Positions 37,767 through 41,749 of a DNA stretch of 41,749 bases are shown here, in pieces. Under the pieces are notes generated by a model. It was given only the letters and a program-made list of their open reading frames with translations. It was not told where the DNA came from and ran no database searches. The stretch's first letter is position 1, and every line of letters starts with the position of its first letter. Source of the DNA: Actinomycetes bacterium (GTDB lineage: Bacteria > Actinomycetota > CALGFH01); NCBI GenBank assembly GCA_044870185.1, contig JBIOYL010000033.1, positions 1 to 41,749 of the forward strand, written 5' to 3'. Position numbers and translations under genes: made by a program.

Positions 37767-38560
37767 GGGGCCCGCTGGACGGTCCGCCGCTGTTCAGCCC
37801 GTCGTTCATCGACGCGCTGCGCGCCTACGCGCCCGAGCTGCTGCCCATGCCGACCCTGGCCGGCCCGGTGCCCGAGGTGCCCCACGGGACGACGGTGGCC
37901 GCCGTCTGCTACGCCGACGGCGTGATCGTGGGCGGCGACCGGCGGGCCACCGAGGGCCTGGCGATCGCCCAGCGCGACGTCGAGAAGGTCTTCCCGGCCG
38001 ACGAGTTCTCGGCGGTGGCGATCGCGGGCGTCGCCGGGCCGGCCATCGAGATGGTGCGGCTGTTCCAGACCGAGCTGGAGCACTACGAGAAGGTCGAGGG
38101 CTCCCCGCTGTCGCTGGAGGGCAAGGCGAACAAGCTCGGCCAGATGGTGCGCGGCAATCTCGGGCTGGCCATGCAGGGGCTGGTCGTCGTGCCGCTGTTC
38201 TGCGGCTACGACCTGCGCCGCCAGGTCGGGCGCATCTTCCGCTACGACGTGACCGGCGGCCGCTACGAGGATGCCGACTTCCACGCCACCGGCTCCGGGG
38301 GGCGGGATGCGCGCGGGACGCTGAAGAAGCGCTACCGCCACGGGCTCAAGCGTGCCGAGGCGGTCGAGGCGCTGGTCGAGGCACTGTACGACGCGGCCGA
38401 GGAGGATGCCGGCACGGGCGGCCCCGACCTGGTGCGGGGCATCTTCCCGCTGATGGCCACGGTCACCGCCCAAGGCTATGCCCGCCTCGGCGACGACGAG
38501 GTACGCACGGTCGCCGAGCAGCTCATCGCCGCGCGCGCCCGCGCCAACGGGCAGGGGTAG
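37763..38560 (+). CDS. prcB: 20S proteasome beta subunit
   Basis: Propeptide ending [37 protein letters not shown]. Confidence 0.97.
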   Translation: MRGPLDGPPLFSPSFIDALRAYAPELLPMPTLAGPVPEVPHGTTVAAVCYADGVIVGGDRRATEGLAIAQRDVEKVFPADEFSAVAIAGVAGPAIEMVRLFQTELEHYEKVEGSPLSLEGKANKLGQMVRGNLGLAMQGLVVVPLFCGYDLRRQVGRIFRYDVTGGRYEDADFHATGSGGRDARGTLKKRYRHGLKRAEAVEALVEALYDAAEEDAGTGGPDLVRGIFPLMATVTAQGYARLGDDEVRTVAEQLIAARARANGQG

Positions 38561-38565
38561 CCGCC

Positions 38566-39255
38566 ATGTCGGTGCCGTCGTTCTACGTCTCGCCCGAGCA
38601 GCTCACCAAGGATCGGGCCGACTACGCCCGCAAGGGCATCGCCCGTGGCCGCCCGCTGATCGTGCTCGAGTACGCCGGCGGCATCGCCTTCGTGGCCGAC
38701 AACCCGTCGACGCACCTGCACAAGCTGGCCGAGCTGTACGACCGCATCGCGTTCGCGGCCGTCGGCCGGTTCCCCGAGTTCGAGACGCTGCGGGTGGCCG
38801 GCGTGCGCCTGGCCGACATCCGCGGCTACTCCTACGGCCGCGAGGACGTCACCTCCCGCGCCATCGCCAACTTCTACTCGCAGACCCTCGGGCAGATCTT
38901 CATCCAGGAGTCCAAGCCCTACGAGGTGGAGCTGTGCGTGGCCGAGGTCGGCGCCGACGGCAGCCCCGACGCGCTGTACCACGTGCTCTACGACGGCACC
39001 GTGACCGACCGCAAGGGGTATCTGGCCATGGGCGGCCAGGCCGAGGAGCTGAACCCCAGCCTGCAGCGCGACTACACCGACGGGCTCGACCTGGACGCGG
39101 CCGTCCGGCTGGCGGTGAGGACGCTGCGCACGGCCGCGCCGAACGCCGAGAAGACCTCCCGGCTCGAGGTCGCCGTGCTGGAGCGCGACCGCCCACGGCG
39201 CGCCTTCCGGCGCCTGACCGACGCCGCCGTCGCCAAGGCGACGGCGGCAGGCTAG
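38566..39255 (+). CDS. prcA: 20S proteasome alpha subunit
   Basis: FYVSPEQLTKDRADYARKGIARGR, YDRIAFAAVG, GYSYGREDV, LEVAVLER. Confidence 0.97.
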   Translation: MSVPSFYVSPEQLTKDRADYARKGIARGRPLIVLEYAGGIAFVADNPSTHLHKLAELYDRIAFAAVGRFPEFETLRVAGVRLADIRGYSYGREDVTSRAIANFYSQTLGQIFIQESKPYEVELCVAEVGADGSPDALYHVLYDGTVTDRKGYLAMGGQAEELNPSLQRDYTDGLDLDAAVRLAVRTLRTAAPNAEKTSRLEVAVLERDRPRRAFRRLTDAAVAKATAAG

Positions 39256-39259
39256 GCGC

Positions 39260-40822
39260 ATGACCGAGCCGCTGGACCGGTGGCTCCCAGCCGACCGGCC
39301 GACCCCGCCGGCGCCGCCCTGGGGCAGCCCGGTCGACCAGCCGGCCCGCCCCGGCCCGGCGCGCCCTGGCCCGGCGGGCTCCGAGCCGGGCCGGGACGGG
39401 CCCGGTCAGGGGCCACCGCTTGGCCAGGGGCCCGGCCCGCCGGGGTGGCAGCCGCCCGGGAGGCCGCCGCGGCGGTCGGGCCGGCTGCCGCTGCCGGCGG
39501 CGATCGGCATCCTGGTGCTCGTGCTCGCGCTCGCCGGTGGCGGTCTGGTGTGGGCGGTCGGGCCCCGGTCGTCCCGGCCGACCCCGACCACCGCCCACGT
39601 GGCCGCCCCGACGAGCGCGCCCACCACCGTCGTGCCGTCGGTGGCCGCCAACCCGCGGGCGCTCGCCGCGGGCGTGCGCGGCGTCGAGGACCGCCTCCAG
39701 CGCATCCGGGAGCTGCGGCTGCTGCGGCCGGTGCCCGTCAAGGTGGTGCCGCCCGACCAGCTCGCCCGGCAGCTCGTGCGCGACCTCGACCTCCAGGCCC
39801 AGGCGCCCAAGCTCGGCCGGCAGGCGCGGGCGCTGGAGGTGCTCGGGGAGCTGCCGCCCGGCACCGACCTGGCCAAGCTGATCCAGGACGTGAGCACCGA
39901 TAGCGTGGTCGGCTTCTACGTCCCGGGCAAGCCGCCGGCCAAGGGCCGGCTGTACGTCCGCTCCCAGGGCGGCCTGACGCCCTACACCGAGTTCGTCCTG
40001 TCCCACGAGCTGACCCATGCGCTGGCCGATCAGCACTACGACCTGACCAGGCAGGACCGGCTCGAGGCGCAGCCCGGCGCCGACGACGCCCTGGCCGCCT
40101 ACCAGGCGCTCGCCGAGGGCGACGCCACCTTCACCATGCGCCAGTACGCCGCCGAGGTGTTCACCGACGCCCAGCGGCAGGACGCCGCCCGCGAGTCGGC
40201 CCGCCAGTCGGCCCCGAAGCTCGCCGCGGCACCCGAGGTCGTCCAGCGGTCCATCGCCTTCCCGTACGACGACGGCCTGAGGTTCGTTGCGGCGCTGTAC
40301 CAGCGCGGCGGCTACGCGGCGGTCGACCGTGCCTACCGGGACCCGCCGACCTCCAGCGAGCAGATCCTGCACCCCGACAAGTACCTGGGCGCCCGGGACC
40401 AGCCCACCCCGGTCAGCGTCCCCGACCTGCGCCGCGCCCTCGGGACGGGCTGGCAGCCCGGCGCCGACGTCGGCGTGGGCGAGTTCGACCTGCGCGTGCT
40501 GCTCGCCGCCAGGCTGCCCGAGGCGGCCGCCGCCCTGGCGGCCGGCGGCTGGGACGGCGGCCGGCTGCGCTCGTTCCAGCGCGGACGGCAGACGGCGCTC
40601 GCGCTGCGCACGGTCTGGGACTCGCCGGCGCAGGCGGCGGCGTTCTGCCGGGCCATGCGCTCGTGGGCGACCGGCCGCTACGGCGCCCCGAGCGGCCCCA
40701 GCCGTTGGTCGGCCGGGACCCAGCGCGCCGAGCTGGTCTGCGGCGGGAGCCGGGTGAGCTGGCTGTCGGCGCCCGACGCCGGCGCGCTCGACCGGCTCGC
40801 CGGCGGCCTGCAGGGTCCGTGA
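39260..40822 (+). CDS. Membrane-anchored extracytoplasmic zincin-like protein
   Basis: Pro-rich N-terminus, one TM helix, VVGFY, HELTHALADQHYDL, ALAEGDA, FPYDDG, PPTSSEQILHP. Confidence 0.7.
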   Translation: MTEPLDRWLPADRPTPPAPPWGSPVDQPARPGPARPGPAGSEPGRDGPGQGPPLGQGPGPPGWQPPGRPPRRSGRLPLPAAIGILVLVLALAGGGLVWAVGPRSSRPTPTTAHVAAPTSAPTTVVPSVAANPRALAAGVRGVEDRLQRIRELRLLRPVPVKVVPPDQLARQLVRDLDLQAQAPKLGRQARALEVLGELPPGTDLAKLIQDVSTDSVVGFYVPGKPPAKGRLYVRSQGGLTPYTEFVLSHELTHALADQHYDLTRQDRLEAQPGADDALAAYQALAEGDATFTMRQYAAEVFTDAQRQDAARESARQSAPKLAAAPEVVQRSIAFPYDDGLRFVAALYQRGGYAAVDRAYRDPPTSSEQILHPDKYLGARDQPTPVSVPDLRRALGTGWQPGADVGVGEFDLRVLLAARLPEAAAALAAGGWDGGRLRSFQRGRQTALALRTVWDSPAQAAAFCRAMRSWATGRYGAPSGPSRWSAGTQRAELVCGGSRVSWLSAPDAGALDRLAGGLQGP

Positions 40823-40861
40823 CCTGCTGCCCGCCTCCGACCGTGGACGGCGGGGATGCTC

Positions 40862-40867
40862 TACGAT
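40862..40867 (+). promoter_or_regulatory. TACGAT -10 box for a leaderless pafA transcript
   Basis: Lies 6 nt upstream of the pafA ATG; no RBS visible. Confidence 0.5.
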
Positions 40868-40873
40868 GACCGC

Positions 40874-41749
40874 ATGGATCGGCGCATCTTCGGCCTGGAG
40901 AACGAGTACGGCGTCACGTGCACGTTCCGGGGCCAGCGCCGGCTCTCCCCGGACGAGGTCGCCCGCTACCTGTTCCGCCGGGTGGTGAGCTGGGGGCGGT
41001 CGTCCAATGTCTTCCTGGAGAACGGTGCCCGCCTGTACCTGGACGTCGGCTCCCACCCCGAGTACGCCACCCCCGAGTGCGACTCGGTCACCGAGCTCAT
41101 CACCCACGACAAGGCGGGGGAGCGGATCCTGGAGAGCCTGCTCGCGGCGGCCGAGGCGCGGCTGCACGAGGAGGGCATCGCCGGCCAGATCTTCCTGTTC
41201 AAGAACAACACCGACTCGGCCGGCAACTCCTACGGCTGCCACGAGAACTACCTGGTGTCGCGCTACGGCGAGTTCCAGCGCCTGGCCGACGTGCTGATCC
41301 CGTTCTTCGTCAGCCGCCAGATCCTGTGCGGCGCCGGCAAGGTGCTGGCCACCCCGCGCGGCGCGGTCTACTGCATCGCCCAGCGGGCCGAGCACATCTG
41401 GGAGGGCGTGTCGTCGGCCACCACCCGCTCGCGGCCGATCATCAACACCCGTGACGAGCCCCACGCCGACGCCGAGCGCTACCGGCGCCTGCACGTCATC
41501 GTGGGCGACTCCAACATGAGCGAGTGGTCGGCCTTCCTCAAGGTGGGCGCCACCGACCTGGTGCTCGGCATGGTCGAGGAGGCGACCGTGCTGCGCGACC
41601 TGACCCTGGAGAACCCGATCCGGGCCATCCGCGAGATCTCCCACGACATGACGTGCCGGAGGAAGGTGCGGCTGGCGAACGGACGAGAGCTGAACGCCGT
41701 CCAGGTGCAGTGGGAGTACTTCACTCGCGCCCAGAGGTATGCCGAGTAT
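40874..41749 (+). CDS. pafA: Pup-protein ligase PafA (3' end runs off the window)
   Basis: Hand-translated: [13 protein letters not shown]...[27 protein letters not shown]...[17 protein letters not shown]...[13 protein letters not shown]. Confidence 0.97.
   Translation, partial: MDRRIFGLENEYGVTCTFRGQRRLSPDEVARYLFRRVVSWGRSSNVFLENGARLYLDVGSHPEYATPECDSVTELITHDKAGERILESLLAAAEARLHEEGIAGQIFLFKNNTDSAGNSYGCHENYLVSRYGEFQRLADVLIPFFVSRQILCGAGKVLATPRGAVYCIAQRAEHIWEGVSSATTRSRPIINTRDEPHADAERYRRLHVIVGDSNMSEWSAFLKVGATDLVLGMVEEATVLRDLTLENPIRAIREISHDMTCRRKVRLANGRELNAVQVQWEYFTRAQRYAEY

Overview
Very GC-rich actinobacterial DNA, identified by a complete Pup-proteasome locus. It has three parts. (1) About 1-23.2 kb is a Wzx/Wzy-type surface or exopolysaccharide cluster with unusual decoration chemistry: a TarI/TarJ-like CDP-ribitol pair with a CDP-alcohol phosphotransferase, a Sat-CysC fusion with two sulfotransferases, a truncated pyruvate kinase, methyltransferase-kinase and nucleotidyltransferase-NMP kinase fusions, and an embedded RiPP-like cassette (unannotated 54-aa WxxP peptide, PqqD/RRE protein, HprK-like and CysC-like proteins with dead P-loops). 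Its promoters share a CGTA-N8-TACG palindrome 34-35 nt upstream of TAnnnT boxes. (2) About 23.5-31.4 kb holds housekeeping and regulatory genes: CBS-BON protein, Pat-type acetyltransferase, PspC plus response regulator, citrate synthase, a broken ycaQ/alkZ behind a PafBC-type promoter, and a site-2 protease. (3) About 31.5-41.7 kb is ttuB-ttuA-trmI followed by arc-dop-pup-prcB-prcA-(HExxH protein)-pafA. The standout is a free-standing single-motif LAGLIDADG endonuclease-like gene wedged between pup and prcB, next to an AT-rich, apparently recoded pup 3' end. All calls come from motif recognition by eye; no searches were run.
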